Positions 12,801 to 23,784 of a stretch of DNA of 64,000 nucleotides are shown in pieces. The stretch lies in NCBI RefSeq assembly GCF_037042905.1, contig NC_087251.1:6946001-7010000 (forward strand), read 5' to 3'. How positions within the stretch are numbered: position 1 is the first letter of the stretch; every line of letters starts with the position of its first letter. The notes beneath the pieces were generated by a model that worked only from the letters and a program-made list of their open reading frames with translations, did not search any database and was not told the origin of the DNA. The DNA comes from Lytechinus pictus (lineage: Eukaryota). Position numbers and translations under genes: made by a program.

Positions 12801-15800
12801 TTGCAACGAGACACATCATAGGGCCAATATCACAATCCTTTTTTTAAAGAAATTAATTTCATTCCTATGTCTTGTTATGTGAATGTCTCGTTCTGATTAT
12901 AAATTATCTCATATGACTCGTTCTATTTATAATTATTGGCATATAATTTACTTCTTTTCAAAAATTATAGAAAGAGTGAACTTGATGAAGAGAAATAGAA
13001 GAGGAATTACAGAAGGGGGAAAATAGGATAAAAGGAGAAGACGGAGGAGGAGAATGAAGAAAAATAGGAATATGAAGTAAGGGAGTGCAATACAAAGTTT
13101 TGTTAATGATATATTGCATTATTGGCATATAATTTACTTCTTTTCAAAAATTATCTTCCTACTTATACATCCAGAAGACTATCAAGAGAGCATGGAGAAC
13201 TGCAATTGTAACAGAACATCGGCATGCAATGACGCCTATGATATAATATCTCGTTTTAAGCATAAATTGGATTAAACTTTAATTGGTGGGTTGTAATGTG
13301 AATGTCTCGTTCTGATTATAAATACGGATAAGTATTAGTCCTATATGATTCTTTCTATATCTAAATTTTTATAAAAAATGATTTTTTTTTTTTAATGAAT
13401 ATTTTATGAATTTAGACCTAGTTAAAAATTGAATAAGTTGACCGGTTTATGAAAAGACATGACTTTCTTAGCGTTTTTTGAAATGGTGAACAGGAATGTT
13501 ATATCTGACTAAACAATATTACTGATTCGAGTGCGAAGCGCGATTTAAAATATGTTATAGGGCCTATTGCGATCAAAATCGAATATAAAATAAGAAAGTT
13601 ATGACATTTAAAGATACGCTTATTTTCAACAATTGGAAATTTTGAAATATGACGTGCTTGCACAACACATGTAATTCGATTTAATTATGTTAAAAAATGT
13701 CACTTCAGAATTCCTTCAGTTCATTGATAAAGAACCACCTGTGAATGCCTTTGAGACTATAGGGATACCGTGTAAGATTAATACCCCAAATTCTTGAAAG
13801 GAGGGATTAAGATTTAATAGTGATTACGTAATCTATTGAAGTTAATGACCGGCATGAACGTGAGACCGGCATGAGACGAGGAAAGAAAGATGAAATAAAA
13901 AAAGAGAAAAAAATGTGAAAAAGGAATATAAGAAAAAACAGAAATTCAAGTTTATATTCCTAATGCATTTTAAGCACTTTGTTTGATCGTGAATGATATT
14001 TTATTAATAAGAAATAATAATAAATGATAGCATGTTTATAAATATCGCTTTTCTCAGAACGGCTCAAAACGATTTACAGCATATTATTGTCCCATGATTC
14101 ATTTCAATCCCGCATGAAAAGTGCACAATTTCCACATCTTGGGAAGCATTCCTTGCATTCATCGCAGCCTCGAAATGGCGCTTGCAAATTCAAGCATACA
14201 ATAACTTTCGCATCCAACCGGGTACCCATTTAGCACCTGGGTCGAGAGTGGCAAGGTGTGCCGGCAATACGTCTTACCAAAGGACGGTATATAGACCGCG
14301 GTGAGAATCGAACACACGACTCTCCGTTTACAAGGCGGGAGTCAGAACCACTATACGCCACGACTCTTAAAAAAAAGGCCTTCCTGAAAAAGTCGTGCAC
14401 AGAACATGTTTCTCATAAACATAAAATATGAGCGCGAACTTCTTTCAAACATCAAGGACGAAAAGACCTAAGTATTTTTCGTAAAAATGAATAGCGTGCA
14501 CAATCTTCTTAATTAAAGTATTAAAAGCATGAAGAGCGAAATGAACCAATAATTTTAACAAATTGACCTAGCTGAAACACTGATATCTTCCCGTCTGTAA
14601 ATTTCTTCACTCTTTTTCTTCTTTTCCACTCTTCTTTGCATTTATTCCATTTTTCCTTTTTACGCAGCCAATATAGGGCGTAGAGATCGCATTCGGCCTC
14701 CTGGAATTGCCCATTTACATTTTCTTTTTTAGTCTATATTTTAATTGGTACAAGAGGAGGCAAAGGCGATTAGACACTGGATTCACAAGTTCGTCCAAAA
14801 ATTAAAACTGATATTTCTAATCTTACACATTCACAATCTTGGCCAATTATTTTCTGTTCATTATCGCGATTTTTTTTCCTACTTGATTCTATTTCACCTC
14901 ATTTCATTCATCTCCTTTGTTTATCCAGGGGCCGCGGAACGGTTTTCAAAATGGGGGGGGGGGCTGAGCCAAAAGTGGGGGAGGGGGCTGAAGCCCCCCC
15001 CCCCCCGGTTCCGCGGCCCCTGTAATTCCTATTTCTTTTGTGCTGTTTGTATATCTCTGTAATACTGGGAGGGATAAGCCAGCAGCAGGGAGAGGAGGGC
15101 CGTATTAGCACGACATTCCCCCTTTGTTTTTCTTTTCCACCATATCATTTTTTAAGTTTCCCTTTCCATTTTACTTATATTTCTTCTGTTTGTACTTTTT
15201 TTAAAGGGGTAAGCAAGACCACCTCGCCCCTTGGTCTGCATGTGCCTGTCGAATGCAATTTGCATCCTAACTTCCCGTTTTCTTCCTCTTTTGTAGTATT
15301 AATTTGTGGAAAAAACTATTAGAAAGTAATGTTATAAAGGGAGCCTCGACTTTGCTATTAACATATGCAGTCTTTTTAAAGTTACCTTAGATCCGAGATA
15401 ATTTATTGTCATGTATAAAATGCACAAAATCTGCTTTCAAAAAGTGAAAACTATTACACCGACAAACACAATTGTTTTTAGCCTACATATTTCAACAATC
15501 AAATAATGTGAGCGCAAAGCGCGAGCTGAATATTTCTTACATTCCCAGCTATATACAGGGCATTCTAAGCACCTTTTAAAATCACGAACAGGATAGGGGT
15601 ATGACTATACACTTGATGTGATCGCGAAGCGCGAGCCGAAACGAAATTCGACATCTCACGTTTTGTAAATCATGAAAAGGATGGATAAGTGGATAAATGG
15701 ATAACATTCCTGCATTAATAATTTGATAATCTGATCTGAAACTGGAACAAGATTCGTATCTAAATAAATATGCGTGCGTGTGTTTAGGTTCAAACCTAGA

Positions 15801-18800
15801 ATCTGGACATTCTAATTACATTCTTTATCATAATATCAATAATAAGAGCGCGATCCGCGAGCTAAAGATATTTGATTTTCCGATCCCCAAAAAAAAGTTA
15901 ATTTAAGCGCAATTACGAATTGGATATGGATCGTGCTTAATAAATGATGCGAGTCAAAGCGCAAGTTGATATTTTTATCAATACATATATTTCCAGTTGC
16001 GACCGGGAAATTTTAAGGACATTTTTGTTTTTGTCGAGAGATGAAACTTGTCGATATTCCGTTCTGAAAAAAAAACCGGACAATGATTATTAGGAAATAA
16101 TGAAAATATTATTATCTTACTTATTAATCTAATAAGCCCAATGAGGTCGCGAAATTAATATCAAGGTAAAAAAACTGGATATTTTGTAATCATGAAAAGG
16201 ATGCATGGGTTAATATACTTTAAAGAATACTTTAAAAATAATGCGAGCGCAAATTGCAAGCCGAAAATTTTGATAAACTGTCAAGAAAGAGGAATTTAAA
16301 ATAATTTGTTACAATTGATATAGGTATACATTACTCCCCAATGAAAATGCAAGTGCGCAGCTTTAGCTGATACTATTCAGAATCAGATAAGCCTAAAAAG
16401 GGATATTTTTCAAAAAAATATGGAATACACGAAGAGAATAGTTACTTGACGAATTAAATAATGCTAGTGCGCAGCGCGAGCGGAAAATGTCGATATTTAG
16501 ACCATAAAATATAGTCATTTTACAGAAAACTATAAAATATATTTGTAAATCAAACAAACTGAAAACTCAGTGTCCGAGAAATATTTCATATATTTACTTC
16601 AAAACTTGATATTTTAAGCTCAATATAATCCTATTGAGCAAGTTATGTATATCATAGATTAGGCAATGTGAGCACAAAGCGAGCGAAAATTTAAAATAGT
16701 GACATGAAATCCCTCCCCCCCCCTCATCTTATTTTATTCACTCGTCTTACAGGCTCTTATTTTCGCTCTTCATTTTCTATTCTCTTTTCTCTTCTTTTTC
16801 CTCTCTTTCCATTTTTTCTTGTTTGCTCGTTCCAAAAAGTGGGGGGGGGGGGCATTTGATATCAAATTCCAAAAAGTGAGGGGAAGCGTCTCCCTGTCCC
16901 CCAGGGATTTCCACCAATGTATGCAATTTGATTTGAAATAAAAGAAAACCCTACATCGTCTTTGTAGTCGATTTTTTTTTTTTTAGCGTACTTTCATGAC
17001 GAATTACTTCATTCTCGCCTGTTCCTAAATCGGATTTAATAAGAAAATCAATGTTTCTTTTAAAAAAACCGCACCCCAAACCCCAAATAACACCCCTAAA
17101 TTCATTAAAAAAATATATATGAACGATAATTTTCTTGGAGTATTCGCAATTTGTCCGAAAATTATTCTTATTGTCCTCGTCCTTAAATTTACCACTCGTG
17201 ACGTTGTCCTAAATGTCTCCGGTTCTGTCCTAATACGATCTGCATGCTGTCCGCGCCGAACGCCGACAAATTGATTTAGATAATCTTGTCCCAGGACAGT
17301 TCCAGGAATGTCCTACGACAATACGCAGACAGTCCTGGTCGTGTCCTAGGACAAGATCATTTGCATAATCTTTTACGGAATTTGGTTGCGGACAGCATGC
17401 CGAAATGACAAAAGTAGCTTCCGCAACCCTTCCTGGTCTTGTCCGCGCCCTAGTGGAAAACCGCCTTAAAAAAACAAGCTGTGTGTCTCAAACAATTAAA
17501 TGTGAGCGCGAAGCACGAGCTTAATTTTTTGTATATTGACATGATAAAGGAGCATTTTGACAAATTTTGGAAAGAATTTCCAAAGAGGATAGGTATCTCA
17601 CAAATCAAACAATGCGAGTGCGCAGCGCGAGCTGGAAACTTTTACATTTTAATTTTGTTTTATCATCCCCGCGAATTCGACCCTAAACGCGTAATTTTTC
17701 TAGCGAAATAGATACCCTTTTTTCATTATTTTTGTGTTTTTGACACCCTTATCACGTTACGTACATAACGTGCCCTATCGTGAAAAAGACATCCTTTTTA
17801 CGTGTTTTTTTTTTGTCGCGCATGGTATCCACTCGTCAATGTAAGTGCCCCCCCCCCCCCGCGGGGTTCAAACAAGGACAGAAAATGAGCTATGCCTATA
17901 TACGAATCGCTTCATATTTATCCTCCTAAACATTCAGAATCCATGTCATATTCATCATAATCTCTAGATTTATAGAGAAAAAACAGCAAAAATATTGCTC
18001 TACAATTCTAAAAAGAAGGGTATATACATGTATATATTATTTTAATCATACGAACCAAAAGTCCAGTTTTCTGTCTTATAATTTACTGTGAAAATCACAA
18101 GAATTTGATTTAAAAAAAAATAGGTAGGCCTGTACAATTTTTTTTTAATTAAAAAAGAAACAAAAATAGAATGGACAAGAAAGGAAGAATATAAAAGAGA
18201 AAAGAAAAATATATTTAAAAAAAAAGAAGAAAAGAAAGGAGAAAAACAACGTAAAGGAAAAGGAAAAGTGTTTAAACAATGACAAAAAAATGAGCTATAT
18301 GCCTGTATTGTCTTGAAAATGATTTTTTTTAAAATAAGATGACTGAGACACGTACTGCACTGGGCCATGTTAAACCAATTAAGAAAAGAATATAAACCAA
18401 CAAAATTCTACTTTTAGTTAACGACAGATCGACCGACTGAAATGTGGATGAAAATATTTTCTGATTCTCCCTTCTTTTCCCCCTTTTCGCGAAAGGTGCA
18501 TGGATCCTCCCCTGTATAACATACCCCCACGACTCTCCCTCCTTCCACCCCCCCCCCCCTTTGGCGAAAGCTGGATACTCCCCTGTACCCCCTCCCCCGT
18601 ATCCACAAACATTATCCCAGCTGCCCGTATCCTCGTATCCACGTATCCGCGTATCTTCGTATCCATGTATCCAGTTATCAGTACGGTAGTAGTATCCACG
18701 TATCCGCGTATCCACGTATCCTCGTATCCATGTATCCAGTTATCAGTACGGTAGTAGTATCCGCGTATCCACGTATCTTCGTATCCATGTATCCATTTAT

Positions 18801-21800
18801 CAGTACGGTAGTAGTATCCACGTATCCCAGTATCCACGTATCCTCGTATCCATGTGTATCCACGTATCTTAGTATCCATGTATCCGCTTTTATCTCAAAA
18901 ACGTAATTTCTAAAAAAGTTAACAAGTACCGGTACGTCGTATCCGTTGTTTTCTCGTTTTAAAATCTAGAGATTTTTGTAATCGATTCATGACATTGGAT
19001 TCTAAAGGTAAGCCATAAAATGATGTGATATATCATGAAATTGTTTAAAATTTGATTTAAAGCAAGCTAACGAATCTTATCTTTTATCATATATTTCAGA
19101 AACACCCCGGTTATAGCGTATCATAAAATATTGGCGACACGAAAGACGGTCCTTGGAAAGACCCTTTCGTGCAATCGGCCCCAGGAACACTGTCATAACT
19201 TTTCTCATAAATTTTGTCATTTCTCTCCGAGATGTGACACCGCGCTATGATTGTAACAAATCGGTATTCTGAACATTGTCTTTTCCCTGTCATATCTCTC
19301 TAAGAGTCTAAGTTCCCGCCCATCTTTTCGGAAGCAAACCAATCAAAATCATTGTTAAAGAAAGACGTTAGTTCCCAGTGGGAGCACTTCTAGCCAATAG
19401 GAATGTCTCGTGGCAGGTAGGGCGTATCCCCAATACAGTTGCTGGCATCGCTCAACTATGCATATATTGATGTGCTTATAATTACAAAGAGAGACAGGGG
19501 AGCTGTGAAGGATTTTAGAAGAGAAATAGACAAAGAAGGACAACAGAGAAAAAAAAGGAAGATTTAATAATATGTAGGGCCTAACTCATCCATGACAATT
19601 TTCAAAATTAATACCACAATCTAATCTAAATAATATTATATGCTTGACATTCAGTCGGCAGGCCAGGGTATCAAGATATTTGGTACTAAAAGATATGACA
19701 AAATCTATGACTGCTTCCCCCCTGTCATAACTTTTGTCATATCTTTTGCTTGTGTAAAAGGATTACACGTATTTAAAGCTGCATATTTTTGGTGCGCGCT
19801 AAAGAGAAGAGACAAAATTTATGACAATTTTTGTGACAAAAGTTTTGACATCCACCAGAATACCTATTTTGTCATATCTCTGAGAAAAGATAAAATATGG
19901 AGAAAAGACAATGTTCAGAATACCACCCCAGGACTCGTCCATACTAGTCAAACATATACTCTCCAAAATGGGGTAGAATGGGGTCGCAATAGCACTCCAA
20001 ATAAAAGGGGAAAAAATAAAAACATGCACTTACCTCGATTATATGGATTAAGGTCTATCGTGACACAAAATCCTGACATCGAGGCACAAACTGGACCCTC
20101 AAATTTCAAAAAAAGGAAAAGTTAGACGTCTATGACTATGTCGCGTTCGTTTTGGTATCGATCTGCCATTTTGTTTTCAATTTTGACAGAAGGAGAATGA
20201 ACGAGACAGAACTTTTCCTTTTTTTGAGGGTTAGTTTGTGCCTCGATGTCGGGATTCTGTGTCACGATAGACCTTCATCCAGATATATTCGAGGTTAAGT
20301 GCATCCAATTTATTTTTCCCCCTTTTATTTGGAGTGCTATTGCGACCCCATTCTACCCCATTTTGGAGAGTATGTTTGACTAGTATTACACGGACGAGTC
20401 CTGGGTTAAGTCTCACTCAGCTCTCAGTCTCACACTCCCCTCACATTCACAATCACAGTCGATCTAACGCATAGATACTAATGTTATTGGGCGTTGCAAG
20501 AAACTTGCGATCAATTGCAATTAGACCTATATTTTTGGTCACTAAATGAATCATAAGATGTGAAATTGATTGTGACTTGCAATTGATTTCTTATCTGTTT
20601 AAACAAGCAGTGTAATTGTAATCGGATTTGCTACAGTTGAAATTGATCTATCAATTGTAAACTTGCAACAGAATATTTGCAATTGACGAGTGGATACCAT
20701 GCTTAACCATGGGGTTTCGAAAAGCACCCTTATTAAACAAGCATTTTCCATGTTCTGAAAATGCACCCCTTAACAAGTATTGGCGTGTGAAACCCTACCC
20801 TTAACAAGTATTGGAAACAAAACGGTACCTTAGCCTTGGCAAGTATTTCCTGAATTGACCCCCTAAACAAGTCTTAATTGTTAGGGCTTATGCCATGGAC
20901 ATGATCACGGACATCAGCTTTACCTTTTTTTTACTTTTCATACCCTCACAAATGGGACTGTAAACACAGTTTTTCCTAGCAAAATATATACCCTTGGCCT
21001 TTTTTCATTCTAGTGTTTTTGACACCCGTATTACGTTACGTACGTTACGTGACCTATCTTGAAAAACAGATCCCTTTTACGTGATTTTTGGTTACGCATG
21101 GTATCCACTCATCAATGGAAGTGCCCCCCCCCCCCCCCCCCCGTAGTAGTGTTAGACTCAAAGAGACTGCTGATCAGTATTTAGCATGTTTAGTATTGAA
21201 CTGTATGCCGATGCCAATCATGACATGTTTTCACTTTTTCAGCCTCACCCAGAACTCTAACTTAGGTCTACTCTAATAAGTTAAGACAGTTAAAAACACA
21301 TTTCTCATGTACTGTAGTGTAGCCTGTAGTAGGAAAGGGTTCATCAGATAGTGTTTCATTAACATTTTTGTCTGACAAGCTGTCCTTGAGATTGGCTGAG
21401 AGGCACTGTTACTGTTCCTAAATATGTCGGATAAAATGGGACTTGGATAAAACGCCAAACAACTTTGACAAGCATTTCATTCTACAAGTGTTTCTAACTG
21501 GAAATTATTTTCAAGCTTCCCGGCCATGTATTTATGTTGTTTGAACCACACAAGTCACAAGAGCCATTTCTGGTATTGAAATTGAATGATCACCGAGAAT
21601 AAGCCATGATTTGTAACAAATGGTCACACAGGAGACGGGTCATGAGTTCCAGACTAAGTAAGTTAGTGCATGCCCGGCCCCAAGCCGAGCCCAGTGTATT
21701 TGTTTTGTTGGAATCGTGCATATAATGGCGGAACAAGTATTCAATCTACAACTACCTTGCCTGTGTTAATTGCTTCATAAGCAACCTAAATTCCTTAAAT

Positions 21801-23784
21801 TTCAAAAGATTAAATATTTCAATTTTTTTTTTATTATTTCTGGCCCTTTCCTCATTCTAACTCGGGAAGAGTCTCATGCATGGCCAGGGTCATACTTTCA
21901 ATTGACCCTACTTGAGTCTACATGTAATAATACTAACTAGTATATGATTATTATCACTATTTTTCTTTTAATCTATGAATGATGCAGGAACGAAGTAAAG
22001 CAGATCCTTCATCAGGGGAAGCTTTGGAAGAAGATCCGCCACCTATGCCTCTTCCGTCATTCCCAAGTCATGATTGGATTGGCCCAGCTGATAAGAAATC
22101 TAATCTCAGATTGATTATACTTGCTCAGCCTGAACAGGAAACCGATTCAGAAAGAGATTACAGAGTCATGAGAACAGCCACGTATGAATGGAACCATCAG
22201 TTCTGGTCAAAGCAAAATGAAATATTCATCAAGGTAATTTAAATTTTGTAAGGAGATTATTTGTGATTGGAAGATTTTGGATACGTCCTCCAAGCTAGGA
22301 AAACAAATGAATATGAGAGGCTGTGTACTAGGAGAAAACATAGTTGATTGTTACTAGTACATATATTCTAATTCAATTTTAGTAATAACTCTTGTAAGAT
22401 GTATTTGATAAATTAACAATGAAAAAAAAAAAACAATTCCCAATAATTTTCTTTTAGTATGTTTAAATTCACAAGTCTATATAAATTATTTTGCCAATTC
22501 TGTAAGACTTGACTTCCCCATCATGACCCCATGGTTTGTGACCTTTTTTGTCCCTTTCACACTCTGTATCTGTTTCTTTCTTTCTTTTTTCCTTTTTTTT
22601 GACAGGCCAAAGAGCAATTTGTCCAGGAACGTCTTGGTAATAAGCAGAAAGAGATAAAAGACTCTTCGGGTAATGAGGCTGTAATATCTGGTATGCTATT
22701 TATTCCATTTTTACTCAAAATTACATTCTTAAGAGCATGAATAGTATGTAAACATTTGGCAAATTTAGTTCAAAGAATGTACCAATATAAGCAAATATTA
22801 AACTCAATTTGGGTGACAAACAGTTTTCCAGTTTCCCCTGGGTAGTAACCAAATACATACACTTTTATATGTTAAAGGAGAATGAAACCCTTGAAACCAG
22901 CTGAATCCATATCAAAGAGAAAAATCAAAGAAACATATTGTTGAAAGTTTGAGGAAGATTGAATGAATAATAAGAAAGTTATGAGCATTTGAATATTGAG
23001 ATCACTAATGCCATGTAGAACCTCCCATTGGCAATGCGACCAAGATCTGTGATGTCACACACGTACAACTCCTTCAATTACTTTAGTACTTATTTCACTT
23101 ATATTCTCACTTTTATAGAGTCTATCACAAGGTGAGGTGTTCTCTTTATGAGAGGACAAGTAAAGAGGTTTCACAACATTATATCATTGATGAATCATTT
23201 GTCATATGATTAGAATGAGCATAAAGAGATGTTTTGGGGTATATTTTCAGTGTCCAAAAGGGGAGAGTTGTTCATCTGTGACATCATAGATCTTGGTCGC
23301 ATTGCCAATGGGAGGATCTCCATAGCATTAGTGATCTCGACATTCAAATGCTCATAACTCTTCTATTGCTAGTCCTATATAACTTTTGTTGATCTTATTC
23401 TTTGATTTTTCTGCTTTCACAAAAGCTAACTTGCTCCAAGAGTTTCATTTTCCTTTAATTAAATTACTGATCTTCCCCATATTTACATATGTAAGTTGTT
23501 AGAATATGTGGTATTATATGGCTTCTAATCTGAATTGTATATTAACCAATTCTGATAATGTAGAATACCGGTAAATTGGTATTATGTATTATGATATTTG
23601 GATTCCAGGTGTAAAGCAAGTTCTGAGTGCTGAGGAGATGGCAGAGTTTTATCAACAATTTCTGAAAGAAAATCAGCATTCATTCAAAGACTACAACAAG
23701 CAATGGTACAGCAAAAACTTCTCTCTCTTGTGGCCAGCAATAAAAGCCAATGTATCAAAGTTGATGAAGAAGAACAAAAGATGA
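6866..23784 (+). CDS. COA8: Cytochrome c oxidase assembly factor 8 (APOPT1), mitochondrial; coding exons 6866-6949, 21988-22233, 22606-22690 (alternative donor after 22669), 23609-23784; ~196 aa
   Basis: Exons 2-4 give HDWIGPADKKSNLR...YEWNHQFWSKQN...LSAEEMAEFYQQFLKEN...YNKQWYSKNF, matching the COA8/APOPT1 family. Exon 1 (MLHKLRPWIFYPNYRLFCRSTRLSCVKM|GTAAGT) is Arg-rich and acid-free like a mitochondrial presequence and is phase 0, matching exon 2. Exon 1 assignment is less certain than exons 2-4. Confidence 0.88.
7091..8415. mobile_element. PIF/Harbinger-like non-autonomous element A with ~476 bp internal tandem duplication
   Basis: ~60 bp TIR GGGCCGATTGCACGAAAGGGTCTTTCCAAGGA...; CAG TSD at 7088-7090 and 8416-8418. 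Internal direct repeat begins at ~7394 and ~7870. Confidence 0.8.
8982..11281. mobile_element. 2.3 kb non-autonomous element with ~215 bp TIRs, GG...CC ends and 8-bp TSD (Merlin-like), nested in the 10.4 kb element
   Basis: GGCTTATTATAATCACTCGGG... vs ...CCCGAGTGATTATAACAAGCC; TSD CGTGCAAT at 8974-8981 and 11282-11289. TIR contains 3x AATCACTCGGG. Confidence 0.85.
10600..10705. repeat. ~100 bp hairpin-type dispersed repeat; inverted homologue at 36870-36970
   Basis: CTTCGGTCTCTGTA ... TACAGACTGGAGACCGAAG; reverse-complement similarity to 36870-36970. Confidence 0.55.
11345..12070 (+). repeat. GGATAC(TT/GT/GC) 8-mer minisatellite
   Basis: Directly visible; produces the three spurious DTWIRGY ORFs. 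Confidence 0.95.
14030..14367 (-). mobile_element. tRNA-derived SINE
   Basis: Minus strand: TGGCGTATAGTGG (A box), GTTCGATTC (B box), central CCAGGTGCTAAATGGGTACC, tail ...GAAAAGCGATATTTATAAA followed by an AT-rich simple repeat. Confidence 0.7.
15500..16920 (-). repeat. Degenerate MITE-family tract with repeated GCGAGCGCGAAGCGCGAG motifs (same family as 52930-53975, opposite orientation)
   Basis: About 15 degenerate copies of the motif at ~70-110 bp spacing. Confidence 0.6.
18572..18886 (-). repeat. GTATCC minisatellite (reverse complement of the 11345-12070 array) with ~60 bp higher-order repeat
   Basis: Directly visible; TATCAGTACGGTAGTAGTATCC occurs three times. Confidence 0.93.
22876..23454. 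mobile_element. TTAA-flanked MITE with AGG...CCT ends (Kolobok-like) in COA8 intron 3
   Basis: TTAA|AGGAGAATGAAAC ... GTTTCATTTTCCT|TTAA; long imperfect inverted arms. Confidence 0.75.

Larger units (their letters stand above)
8628..19014. mobile_element. 10.4 kb non-autonomous TIR element with GG...CC ends and 8-bp TSD (Merlin-like)
   Basis: TIR GG(AG/CT)TACCTTTAGAATCCAATGTCATGAATCGATTACAAAA at 8628 and inverted ending 19014. TSD ATAAAATG at 8620-8627 and 19015-19022. No transposase ORF found; superfamily is inferred from the termini only. Confidence 0.8.
8432..19181. mobile_element. Harbinger-like element B (same family as A), interrupted by the 10.4 kb element
   Basis: Same TIRs as A at 8432 and 19181. 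Sequence before 8627 continues seamlessly after 19022 when compared with A (TTTATAAAATG|ATGTGATAT). Flanks CTG/CAG (imperfect TSD). Confidence 0.8.
8419..19928. mobile_element. Harbinger-like element C (own sequence 8419-8431 plus ~19185-19928), interrupted in its left TIR
   Basis: GGGTGGTATTCTG|AACAC... vs ...TGTTCAGAATACCACCC; CAG at 8416-8418 and 19929-19931. Confidence 0.7.
7052..20405. mobile_element. Outermost host of the nest: foldback MITE (arms 19929-~20120 and ~20213-20405) whose GC-hairpin left end (7052-7090) has been displaced by insertions
   Basis: Joining 7052-7090 to 19932 restores GGAGTCCAGGACTCGTCC, matching the reverse complement of the uninterrupted partial copy at 34751-34996. 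~190 bp inverted arms. TTAA at 7048-7051 and 20406-20409. Confidence 0.65.

Noticed and set aside
19640..20125. 161-aa ORF
   Set aside because: Runs across the junction of two different MITEs; chance ORF.
21979..21987. COA8 start at MMQ as given by the ORF track
   Set aside because: These codons overlap a splice acceptor (pyrimidine tract...GCAG) and would leave no mitochondrial presequence.
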